NCBI GenBank assembly: GCA_009779935.1 | Contig: WRAX01000002.1 | Span: 10,772-74,771 of the forward strand | Direction: 5' to 3' | DNA: 64,000 nt | DNA from: Defluviitaleaceae bacterium | GTDB taxonomy: Bacteria; Bacillota; Clostridia; Lachnospirales; WRAX01 | Part shown: positions 24,522 to 33,329 of the stretch, piece by piece | Numbering within the stretch: the first letter of the stretch is position 1 | Layout of the letters: each line of letters starts with the position of its first letter | Translations under genes and position numbers: made by a program | The notes under the pieces: generated by a model | Databases searched by the model: none | What the model saw: the letters and a program-made list of their open reading frames with translations, nothing else | What the model was told of the DNA's origin: nothing

Positions 24522-25268
24522 ATGGCAAAAGTTGTATATGAAAAAACCCGTGGACTGACGGAAAATCCCCTGTCCTATTGCCCGGGTTGTACCCACGGCA
24601 TCATCCACAAGTTGATTGGCGAGGTATTAGTGGAGCTTAATGTGTTGGAGCGCACAATTGCCATTGCACCTGTGGGTTGCTCGGTTTTAGCTTATAATTA
24701 TTTTAATTGTGACGGGGTGCAGGCGGGGCATGGGCGTGCGCCGGCGGTTGCCACGGGCATAAAGCGCACCAACCCTGATAAAATTGTATTTACCTATCAA
24801 GGGGATGGGGATTTGGCGGCAATTGGCACGGCAGAAATTGTACATGCCGCCCACCGTGGCGAAAATATAACCGTGTTTTTTGTCAACAATGCTATTTACG
24901 GTATGACAGGGGGACAAATGGCACCCACCACCCTAATTGATATGAAAACATCCACCAGCCCCGCAGGTAGGCAGCTGGATGGTGCCGGCATGCCCATTTT
25001 GGTAAGCGAAATGCTGTCCCAAATACCCTCGGTTACGTATATTGAGAGGGTTGCCACCCACGATATTGCTAATTTAGACAAGACCAAAAGGGCGATACGC
25101 AAGGCATTGCAAAACCAAATGGATGGCAAGGGTTTTTCCATGGTGGAAATACTTGGCACATGCCCCATTGGCTGGGCAAAAACCCCCGCCGATGCCATGG
25201 ATTTTGTTAAAGAAAAGATGATTCCCTATTACCCGCTGGGCGTGTACGCAGATAAGGGGGCGAGATAA
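24522..25268 (+). CDS. 2-oxoacid:ferredoxin oxidoreductase beta (TPP-binding) subunit
   Basis: YCPGCTHG, PVGC, HGRAPAVATG, YQGDGD, NNAIYGMTGGQ. Confidence 0.93.
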   Translation: MAKVVYEKTRGLTENPLSYCPGCTHGIIHKLIGEVLVELNVLERTIAIAPVGCSVLAYNYFNCDGVQAGHGRAPAVATGIKRTNPDKIVFTYQGDGDLAAIGTAEIVHAAHRGENITVFFVNNAIYGMTGGQMAPTTLIDMKTSTSPAGRQLDGAGMPILVSEMLSQIPSVTYIERVATHDIANLDKTKRAIRKALQNQMDGKGFSMVEILGTCPIGWAKTPADAMDFVKEKMIPYYPLGVYADKGAR

Positions 25269-25807
25269 TGGGTACCACAAAGATTATATTTTCGGGCTTT
25301 GGCGGACAGGGCGTGCTTACCCTTGGGCAAGTTGTGGCGGATATTGCCCTAAACCAAGGCAAAGAAGTTACGTGGATGCCATCCTATGGCGCAGAAATGC
25401 GCGGGGGAACGGCAAACTGCTCCGTTATTATATCCGACAAGGTTATCGGCAGCCCCATAATCCTCAGCAATATTGATATTCTGTGCGCTATGAACCAACC
25501 ATCCGTTGACAAGTTTTTGGACAAGACAAGGGCAGGGGCTAAGGTATTTATCAACTCCTCCATCGTAACCGACACTGTGGTTAAGGATGATGCGGAAATT
25601 ATTGCAATTGATGCTACCAATATTGCTGTAAAAGCAGGCAATGCCCGCACCGCTAATATGGTGATGATGGCTGGCTTTTTGGCGCAAACAGGTCTGTTTA
25701 CAATTGATGAATTGGAAGCTGCTCTGTCCCGCCGCTTTAAGGGTAAGGCGGAGCTTGTTGAGGTAAATATGAAAGCAATTAAAGAAGGGTTGCAAGCCCT
25801 TGCTTAG
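25268..25807 (+). CDS. 2-oxoacid:ferredoxin oxidoreductase gamma subunit
   Basis: SGFGGQGV, PSYGAEMRGGTANC, ANMVM. Confidence 0.93.
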   Translation: MGTTKIIFSGFGGQGVLTLGQVVADIALNQGKEVTWMPSYGAEMRGGTANCSVIISDKVIGSPIILSNIDILCAMNQPSVDKFLDKTRAGAKVFINSSIVTDTVVKDDAEIIAIDATNIAVKAGNARTANMVMMAGFLAQTGLFTIDELEAALSRRFKGKAELVEVNMKAIKEGLQALA

Positions 25808-25827
25808 TATGCTGTATCGGTGATGGT

Positions 25828-28083
25828 ATGGACAATTTTTTGCAATTAGAAGGAACCGTGGAGCGTGTAATTTTTGCCAGCGATGATGGTAATTACACGG
25901 TTTTTTCTATGCTTATGGAATTGGATGATGGCGACATCGCCGGGGTTGTTTGCACAGCATCCAGCAGCGTTACAGAAGGGGATGATGTGCGGGCTTACGG
26001 CCAATTTACCATCCACCCTACATATGGCCAGCAGTTTAAGGCCGCCGCCGTGGAGCAATTGTTGCCCCAAACAGCCTCCGGCATGGAGGCTTATTTGGCT
26101 ACCGGCAATATTAAAGGCATTGGTAAAAAGCGGGCAAAAACTATCGTGGAAACCTTTGGGGTTTCCACCTTTCAGGTGATTGAGGAAAACCCCGCCATGC
26201 TTGCCCAAATAAAGGGCATAACCTACGAAAAAGCCATGGAAATTGGCGCATCCTTTGCGGAAAAAGGTGCACAGCGTAACACAATTATGTATTTGCAGGC
26301 ATTGGGGCTTACCCTAGGGCAATGCGAAAAGATTTACAAGCGGTATGAGGCAAGAGCTGTGGAAATTGTCAAAAACAACCCCTATGTGTTGGCAAGAGAT
26401 GTTTTTGGCATTGGCTTTAAGATTGCCGATGGCATTGCTGCCCGCATTGGCATCGCTACACATTCTCCCCACCGTATTTTTGCGGGCATTTGCCATGTGC
26501 TGATAGAGGGGTTAGGGGAAGGGCATGTGTGCCTGCCACGGGAATCCCTTATAGGTCGTGCAGTGGATCTTTTAGAGCTGGATATGAGTGAGGTGGAAAA
26601 CCAGCTGTTGCAAATGCAGGTTGACGGTGATATTAAGCAGGATAAGGTGGGGGATTTGACCCTCATTTACCTTGCGGCCTATTATCACGCCGAAACCTAC
26701 ATCGCAAGACGTTTACTGGAAATTAACCAAATTCCCACCGAATCCACTTTGGATATCCAAAAGGAAATTAAGTTGGTGGAAAAGCAAGAGGGCATAACCC
26801 TTGCACGCAAGCAAAAAGAAGCGGTGCAAGTGGCTATGAGGCACGGCGTAACAGTGGTTACAGGCGGGCCCGGTACAGGTAAAACAACAACTATCAAGAC
26901 GATTATTGCCATGCTTGATAAGCTTGGCCAGCGGGTTGCCCTATGTGCCCCCACAGGCAGAGCAGCAAAGCGAATGAATGAGGCGACAGGCAAACCTGCC
27001 GCAACAATCCATCGCCTTTTGGGTATTTTCCAAGCGGAAAGCGAACACAACCTGCAAGGGGAAGTGGATGATGATATGAAAATCCAAGCGGACTGTATTA
27101 TTATGGATGAGGCGAGTATGGTGTATTCCATGTTGCTTTTTCGCCTGTTGAAAGCAATGGGTCAGCGCACAAGGTTAATTTTGGTGGGGGATGTAAACCA
27201 GCTACCCTCCGTAGGGCCCGGTAATGTGCTAAAAGATATAATTAACAGCGGCAAAATACCCACCGTTTATTTGGATGAGATTTTTAGGCAGGGGCAACAA
27301 TCCGCTATTGTGATGAATGCCCACCGCATTAACCGTGGCGAATACCCTATTATTAACGAACGCTACAACGATTTTTACTTTATCAAAGAATCCAGCATGA
27401 GCGGGGTGGTGGACATTGTTGCCGACCTAAACCAGCAACGCCTACCAGATTTTTTGGGCATTTCACCTTTTACGGACATGCAGGTGCTTTGTCCCCAACG
27501 CAAAACCCTTTGCGGCGTGGAAAACCTTAATAAAGTGCTGCAAGAAAAGCTTAACCCGCCCCATCCCGATAAAACTGAAAAACAGGTTGGCTTTAACCTG
27601 TTTAGGGAAGGGGATAAGGTTATGCAAATAAAAAACAACTACCAAACCCAGTGGCGGGTATTTGATGATTTTGATAATGTTTTGGAAGAGGGGCTTGGGG
27701 TTTTTAACGGCGATGAAGGCATGGTAAGCTTTATTGATAACCAAGAGCGTTTTATGCAGGTGGTATTTTGTGATGATAAGGTGGTAGACTATCCCTTTAA
27801 GCAGTTGGATGAGCTGGTTTTGGCCTATGCCATAACCATCCACAAATCCCAAGGTTCGGAATATGATGTGGTAATTTTGCCCCTGCATAGCGGCACGCCC
27901 CTGCTGTTTAACCGCAATTTATTATACACGGCCATAACACGTGCTAAAAAGCTGGTGGTGATTGTGGGCATGGAAGGCACCCTGCACCGTATGGTGGACA
28001 ATACACGGGAAAGCGTGCGCCATTCCGCTTTGCGCCATAGGATAGAGAGGTTTTATGACCAACTTTTTGCTGACAAAGAGTAG
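25828..28083 (+). CDS. recD2: ATP-dependent RecD2-like DNA helicase
   Basis: HhH IKGIG, GIGFKIAD, TGGPGTGKTT, APTGRAAKR, DEASM, TIHKSQGSE, LYTAITRA. Confidence 0.95.
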   Translation: MDNFLQLEGTVERVIFASDDGNYTVFSMLMELDDGDIAGVVCTASSSVTEGDDVRAYGQFTIHPTYGQQFKAAAVEQLLPQTASGMEAYLATGNIKGIGKKRAKTIVETFGVSTFQVIEENPAMLAQIKGITYEKAMEIGASFAEKGAQRNTIMYLQALGLTLGQCEKIYKRYEARAVEIVKNNPYVLARDVFGIGFKIADGIAARIGIATHSPHRIFAGICHVLIEGLGEGHVCLPRESLIGRAVDLLELDMSEVENQLLQMQVDGDIKQDKVGDLTLIYLAAYYHAETYIARRLLEINQIPTESTLDIQKEIKLVEKQEGITLARKQKEAVQVAMRHGVTVVTGGPGTGKTTTIKTIIAMLDKLGQRVALCAPTGRAAKRMNEATGKPAATIHRLLGIFQAESEHNLQGEVDDDMKIQADCIIMDEASMVYSMLLFRLLKAMGQRTRLILVGDVNQLPSVGPGNVLKDIINSGKIPTVYLDEIFRQGQQSAIVMNAHRINRGEYPIINERYNDFYFIKESSMSGVVDIVADLNQQRLPDFLGISPFTDMQVLCPQRKTLCGVENLNKVLQEKLNPPHPDKTEKQVGFNLFREGDKVMQIKNNYQTQWRVFDDFDNVLEEGLGVFNGDEGMVSFIDNQERFMQVVFCDDKVVDYPFKQLDELVLAYAITIHKSQGSEYDVVILPLHSGTPLLFNRNLLYTAITRAKKLVVIVGMEGTLHRMVDNTRESVRHSALRHRIERFYDQLFADKE

Positions 28084-28708
28084 GGCAGGGCGGTTTGCGA
28101 ATCTACTATACACTACAATATATCCCAGTAAATGCCTATTTTGTCGCCGTGTGCTGGATGGGGCGGAACTTTATTGCAGCAACTGCCAAGCAACTACGGC
28201 GGATATGGAGCATTATACGGAGCATGTGGGCTGGCTATATGCACCCTTTGCCTATGAAAGTGAAGTTGCGGGGGTTGTGCATCGCTTTAAGTATGGCGGG
28301 GCAAGGGCTTTGGCAAAGCCCATGGCGCAGGCAATTTGCACCCATTTTCCTGATATTTACGGTGATTTTCTTGTGCCGGTACCCCTGCACCCCAACCGTC
28401 TGCGCCAAAGGGGTTTTAACCAAGCGGCACATTTGGCGATGGAACTTAGCGAAATACTTAATTTGCCGGTTTTTGACGGGCTGGAAAGGCTAAGGGAAAC
28501 TGCCAAGCAATTTGACCTTGCAAGGGAGCAACGCATGACCAACTTAGCGGGCGCAATGGGCATAAAAACAGGTTTTGATGTAGCAGAAAAGCATATATTG
28601 CTGGTGGATGATATTTTTACCACAGGCGCAACCGCAAATGACTGTGCCCGTGCCTTGTTGGAAGCCGGCGCAAAGCAAGTGGATATGATAGCCTTTGCCC
28701 GTGCGTGA
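28055..28708 (+). CDS. comF: ComF family phosphoribosyltransferase-like protein
   Basis: CLFC..CSNC zinc motif, VPVPLH..RQRGFNQA, LLVDDIFTTGAT. Confidence 0.9.
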   Translation: MTNFLLTKSRAGRFANLLYTTIYPSKCLFCRRVLDGAELYCSNCQATTADMEHYTEHVGWLYAPFAYESEVAGVVHRFKYGGARALAKPMAQAICTHFPDIYGDFLVPVPLHPNRLRQRGFNQAAHLAMELSEILNLPVFDGLERLRETAKQFDLAREQRMTNLAGAMGIKTGFDVAEKHILLVDDIFTTGATANDCARALLEAGAKQVDMIAFARA

Positions 28709-28733
28709 TGAACAGATTATAAACCCAAGGGCA

Positions 28734-30857
28734 TCAGGATTTGATGATGTTTACATTTACAAACCGCAGAACCGACAGAGACTCAACATCAATTATCATT
28801 TGGGCTGTGGCATTTTCTCTTGTATCGGGCATGGTTATTTGGATTGTGGGGGTTTCACCTTTCAACATGCTTGCCACATCTGCGGGGGTTAGGATGTAGC
28901 CGTAACGAGCCGTTTCGCTTTTCCATATGGTTATTTTGCAACCCTCCCGCCATTTGGCGCAGTAAAAGGATTTGCTGTTTTCCAGCACATCGCCGCCGCA
29001 TTTGGGGCACTTTCCTAAACCGCCTTTCCTTTTGGCGGTTTTTTTGCCCCTGCGCTCTTCTGCTGGGAAAACCACATCTTTGGGATTATTACTTGCATCC
29101 GCCACTAAATAGCGCACAAATTTTTCGATGCTGCCCTTAAAGCGGTCGGGTTGCATTTTGCCTTGATGGATGCTGTTTAAGCCTTTTTCCCACCGACCTG
29201 TGGTTTCGGCGGATGTGATTTCTGTTGGAAGGATTTGGATTAGCAACTTTGCCTTGTCTGTGGGTGCCAATGCCTTGCCTTTTCGGATTATATAGCCCAC
29301 TGCCAACAACCTTTCGATAATGGCGGCACGGGTGGCGGCTGTACCAAGACCGCTGCCCTTCATTTGGGCGGCAATTTCTTCATCATCTACCAATTTGCCG
29401 GCATTTTCCATGGCGGATAACAAGGTGGCTTCTGTATAGGGTTTAGGTGGCTGTGTTTTCTTAGCTTTTACGGCAATTTTTAAGGTTTGCGCCGCCTCTC
29501 CTTCGGTTATGGGCGGCAGGGTTGGCTCATCCGCTTTTTCGTTGCCATAGAGCTGTTTCCAGCCCAATTCTAAAACCACGGCCCCTTTTGATGCGAAGGT
29601 TTCGCCGGCCACTTCCGTCACAACCTCTGTCACATCCTGCACATGGGCGGGGTAAAATGCCGCCAAAAAGCGGCGCACAATAAGGTCATACAACTTGGCT
29701 TCGTCACTTGTAAGTGTGCCTGCCCGCTTGTGGGTGGGGATTATTGCGTGATGGTCCGTCACCTTGGCGGCATCCACAATGCGCTTGGTAATGGGCAGCT
29801 TTGGTAGTGACTGGATGTATCCGGCATAATCCCCATATTCAGCAGACCCAACCAGTGCAGTGATTATGGGTGGTAATTTGATGTCGGGCGGTAGATGGCG
29901 GCTGTCTGTTCTTGGATAGGTTATTAGTTTACGTTTTTCATATAAATCTTGCGCAATGGACAGGGTTTTGGCGGCGGAGAAATTGTAGCGGCGGTTGGCT
30001 TCCCTTTGCAGGTCGGGCAGGTCGTGTAATAGTGGTGGGGATAGGTGCTTGGTGTGTGCCGCTACGGACTTAATGTGCCCGGTTTTGCCTTTTACTTTTG
30101 CGGCAATTTCTGCGGCTTTGCCTTTGCTGTCCAGCCACCCGTCTTTAATATCGTCATTAAACCATTTGCCCAAATATTGCCCATGCTGCACTGCAAAATC
30201 CGCATGTATTTCCCAATAATCTTTGGGGATAAAATTATCAATTTCTGCTTGTCGTGTTACAATCATGGCAAGGGTTGGGGTTTGCACCCGCCCGATGGAT
30301 AAATTACTGTTATTTGCGATGGAATAGGCACGGCTGGCGTTTATGCCCACCAGCCAATCGGAATGGCTGCGGGCTAATGCGGAATGGTAAAGGTTGTCAA
30401 AGTCTGCTAATGGGCGTAAATTGGCAAAACCTTCACGTATCGCCTCATCTGTCATAGAAGAAATCCAAAGGCGGTGCACAGGCTTTTTGCAGCCTGCATG
30501 GTGGTAAATATAACGGAAAATAAGCTCCCCCTCCCGCCCGCTGTCCGTGGCGCAAATGATGGAGCTAACCTCCTTATCCTTCATCAGGCGTGTTAAAATG
30601 CGCAGTTGCCCCGCCGTTTTTTTGATGGGCTTGGTGCGGATTTGTTGCGGCAAAATGGGCAAGCTTACGGCCGTCCACTTTTTTAGGGTTGGGTCATAAT
30701 CCTCGGGCTCGCAAAGGGTAAGTAAATGCCCAATTGCCCACGAAATTATGTAGCTACTACCGTAAATAAAGCCATCACCCTTAGATGTGGCTTTAAGCAC
30801 CCGCCCAATGTCCCGCCCCACGGAGGGTTTTTCTGCAATTATCAAGGTTTTTGACAT
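28734..30857 (-). CDS. topB: DNA topoisomerase III
   Basis: IAEKPSV, ATDSGREGE, GRVQTPTL, ITYPRTDS, DHHAIIPT, GLGTAATRA; C-terminal CPKC zinc ribbon. Confidence 0.93.
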   Translation of the reverse strand: MSKTLIIAEKPSVGRDIGRVLKATSKGDGFIYGSSYIISWAIGHLLTLCEPEDYDPTLKKWTAVSLPILPQQIRTKPIKKTAGQLRILTRLMKDKEVSSIICATDSGREGELIFRYIYHHAGCKKPVHRLWISSMTDEAIREGFANLRPLADFDNLYHSALARSHSDWLVGINASRAYSIANNSNLSIGRVQTPTLAMIVTRQAEIDNFIPKDYWEIHADFAVQHGQYLGKWFNDDIKDGWLDSKGKAAEIAAKVKGKTGHIKSVAAHTKHLSPPLLHDLPDLQREANRRYNFSAAKTLSIAQDLYEKRKLITYPRTDSRHLPPDIKLPPIITALVGSAEYGDYAGYIQSLPKLPITKRIVDAAKVTDHHAIIPTHKRAGTLTSDEAKLYDLIVRRFLAAFYPAHVQDVTEVVTEVAGETFASKGAVVLELGWKQLYGNEKADEPTLPPITEGEAAQTLKIAVKAKKTQPPKPYTEATLLSAMENAGKLVDDEEIAAQMKGSGLGTAATRAAIIERLLAVGYIIRKGKALAPTDKAKLLIQILPTEITSAETTGRWEKGLNSIHQGKMQPDRFKGSIEKFVRYLVADASNNPKDVVFPAEERRGKKTAKRKGGLGKCPKCGGDVLENSKSFYCAKWREGCKITIWKSETARYGYILTPADVASMLKGETPTIQITMPDTRENATAQMIIDVESLSVLRFVNVNIIKS

Positions 30858-30858
30858 G

Positions 30859-31680
30859 TTACTGCTGCTTGCCTATTATATCGAAAACGCCAAAAAGCAG
30901 GTCAACGTTAATAACATTTTGGATGCTGATATTTATCGCCGCCCCATCCCTTCCCTTTTCGTTAATGGCGAAAAATGACATGGTACCGTCATCGGTGTTT
31001 ATATTGGTAACATCCCCAATGGGCAGGCGAATATCGCCTTTGCGGTGTTTGTGGACTAAGGTGCCCCGCTCCAATACCAGCTCGTCCCCAAAGGGTATGG
31101 TAAGGTTTGGCAAGTTAGCTTTGGTGATGCCCTTTTCCTTTATCAACCAAGCGGTGTAAATTTCGGAAAGGTGGTCGCCGGCGGTATTTACCACACTAAT
31201 GGCCGCCCCCGACCCTGCGGGGATTATGTTGATACTGCGAAGGCGATTGTTGCGCCTATGGGCATCCGCTGCACCACTTGCAACAGCAGATGCTACACCG
31301 GCCACAATTGCCCCTGCAATACCAAAGCCGCCGGGTACAATAAAAACACCGCCGCTACCGGGCACATCTTGTAAGCCCCTAATTTGGCTGAAATGCAAAC
31401 TATGCTCCTTGCCCTTTGCTTTCACCATAACACCCTGCTGATGTATGGCAACTTCCGCTTGCATGCGGGCGGTTACAAACCATAAAACGGCGGGCAAAGT
31501 CACAGCCATGCCAAGGGCTACAAAGCCCATAATTGTATCTTCGGCATCAATGGGGTTTAACAGAAAATAAACCCCGCCAACCCCAAGCCCAACAAAAAGA
31601 ACAACGGCCAAAACACGCAACCATATAACCGAGCTTGCCTTGTTTTTATGCAAGGCAAGCCGGCTTCCGAAATCTAACAT
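30859..31680 (-). CDS. Hypothetical membrane protein
   Basis: 273 aa; two N-terminal TM helices and a Gly/Ala-rich segment; tightly coupled to both neighbours. Confidence 0.7.
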   Translation of the reverse strand: MLDFGSRLALHKNKASSVIWLRVLAVVLFVGLGVGGVYFLLNPIDAEDTIMGFVALGMAVTLPAVLWFVTARMQAEVAIHQQGVMVKAKGKEHSLHFSQIRGLQDVPGSGGVFIVPGGFGIAGAIVAGVASAVASGAADAHRRNNRLRSINIIPAGSGAAISVVNTAGDHLSEIYTAWLIKEKGITKANLPNLTIPFGDELVLERGTLVHKHRKGDIRLPIGDVTNINTDDGTMSFFAINEKGRDGAAINISIQNVINVDLLFGVFDIIGKQQ

Positions 31681-33185
31681 TAAATCTTAACCTCATACAA
31701 CGCTTCAAACTTTTCTTTTAGATAGGCAGTGTAATGGCTGGCATCCAGCCCGCCACCGCAAACCTGCTGTAAAAGCTCCCCCGGGGTGTAGATGGAGCCG
31801 TGGCGGTGTATTTTATCCGTCATCCACTTAGTTATTGCGGCAAAGTCGCCTTTTTCCACTAATGCATCAAAATCCAAATCCTTTTTCATTTCCGCTACAA
31901 ATTGGCTGGCATATGCCGTACCAAGGGCGTAGGTTGGGAAATATCCAAATGCACCCATGGACCAATGCACATCCTGCAAAACACCAAGGGCATTGTTTGG
32001 CGGTGTAATACCTAAGTATTCTTGATATTTGGCATTCCAAACCTTGGGTAAATCCCGCACGGGCAGGTTTTCCATAAACAGCATCCGCTCAATTTCATAA
32101 CGTATCATAATATGCAGGGAATAGGTCAACTCGTCCGCTTCTACACGGATAAGGGATGGACCTGCTTGGTTTACAGCCTCGTAAAACTGCGCTGGGGTAA
32201 TATCACCAAATGATTTTGGTAAATACTCCTTCAACTCCTCGGCTATGTAATTCCAAAAGCCACGGCTGCGGCCGATTACATTTTCGTAAAAACGGCTTTG
32301 GCTTTCATGTATGCCCATGGATGCGCCACGGGACAATTCGGTTTCCGCAATGCTGTCGCAAGTAGACTGTTCGTAGATGGCGTGGCCGCATTCGTGTAAA
32401 ATGCTGTAAAAGCTGGAAATAAAGTCCCTTTCATCATAACGGGTGGTTATGCGTATATCGGTTTTGTGGGTGCCGCTGCAAAATGGGTGGGTAGATTCGG
32501 TGATATATCCTCTTGACAGGTCATACCCAATCTTTTCAGCAGTAAAGGTGGAGATTTTTTCCTGCATTGCTTTTTCCACCGGGGCGTGCATAAAGCCTGC
32601 ATCTATCTGCTTTTTGGAGCTTACAACCGCTTTTAACAAAGGCACAACAACCTCCCGCACCTCTGCAAAAAACTTGTCATAAATTTCCATGTTCATACCT
32701 TCTTCGTAGTCATCCAGCATTACATTATACACTTCCTGCCCGGCTTCCAAGCGGTGGCCAACCATTTCCTTGCTTTTTGCCACAATTTGCTCTAAAATTG
32801 GGGCAAATGCATCAAAATCATCATTTTTGCGTGCCTGCTCCCACACCACATGGGCTTTTGCCCGCAATTCACTAAATTCCTTTACCAACTGGCTGGGTAT
32901 TTTTGTATTTTTATCAAAATTTTTCTTCGCTTTTTGGTAGCGGGCGGCGGTTATGGGGTCCAGTTTATCCTTAATGGCTTCCAAGGCTTCCAAATAACCC
33001 TTCATCTTATCTGATGTGGTCATAATAAATATTTTTTCTGAAAAAAAGCCCTGCCGCTTAGCACGGGCGGCAACCCCTGCTTTTGGCGCAACTGTGTTGG
33101 CATCAAAGCCGGCAACGCCCATTAGTTGGTTGTACATGCGTATCCTGTCCATGTAGGCGTTAAAATCTTTTGCAACTTGTTCCAT
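31680..33185 (-). CDS. M32 family carboxypeptidase
   Basis: HPF, DIRITT, HECGHAIYEQ, HESQSRF, IRVEADE, LQDVHW, GYFPTY. Confidence 0.95.
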   Translation of the reverse strand: MEQVAKDFNAYMDRIRMYNQLMGVAGFDANTVAPKAGVAARAKRQGFFSEKIFIMTTSDKMKGYLEALEAIKDKLDPITAARYQKAKKNFDKNTKIPSQLVKEFSELRAKAHVVWEQARKNDDFDAFAPILEQIVAKSKEMVGHRLEAGQEVYNVMLDDYEEGMNMEIYDKFFAEVREVVVPLLKAVVSSKKQIDAGFMHAPVEKAMQEKISTFTAEKIGYDLSRGYITESTHPFCSGTHKTDIRITTRYDERDFISSFYSILHECGHAIYEQSTCDSIAETELSRGASMGIHESQSRFYENVIGRSRGFWNYIAEELKEYLPKSFGDITPAQFYEAVNQAGPSLIRVEADELTYSLHIMIRYEIERMLFMENLPVRDLPKVWNAKYQEYLGITPPNNALGVLQDVHWSMGAFGYFPTYALGTAYASQFVAEMKKDLDFDALVEKGDFAAITKWMTDKIHRHGSIYTPGELLQQVCGGGLDASHYTAYLKEKFEALYEVKI

Positions 33186-33252
33186 AAGTTTTTCCTCCCA
33201 ATATTCCGAAATTTGATGCTTTAATTATACCCCACCCAGGGTAATTGCGCAA

Positions 33253-33280
33253 GCATAATTTGGCTCGTCCCTCATATAAT
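33253..33280 (+). promoter_or_regulatory. Possible sigmaE-type (mother-cell) promoter for the P-type ATPase
   Basis: GCATAAT-13 bp-CATATAAT resembles the SigE consensus. Confidence 0.4.
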
Positions 33281-33329
33281 TCACCAAGTACAAATGTTAG
33301 TACAAATGTTAATAATGTGGAGGGATTGT

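Noticed and set aside
28734-30857. topB as a marker of a conjugative element
   Set aside because: No relaxase, T4SS or integrase nearby; flanked by housekeeping genes with host-like codon use
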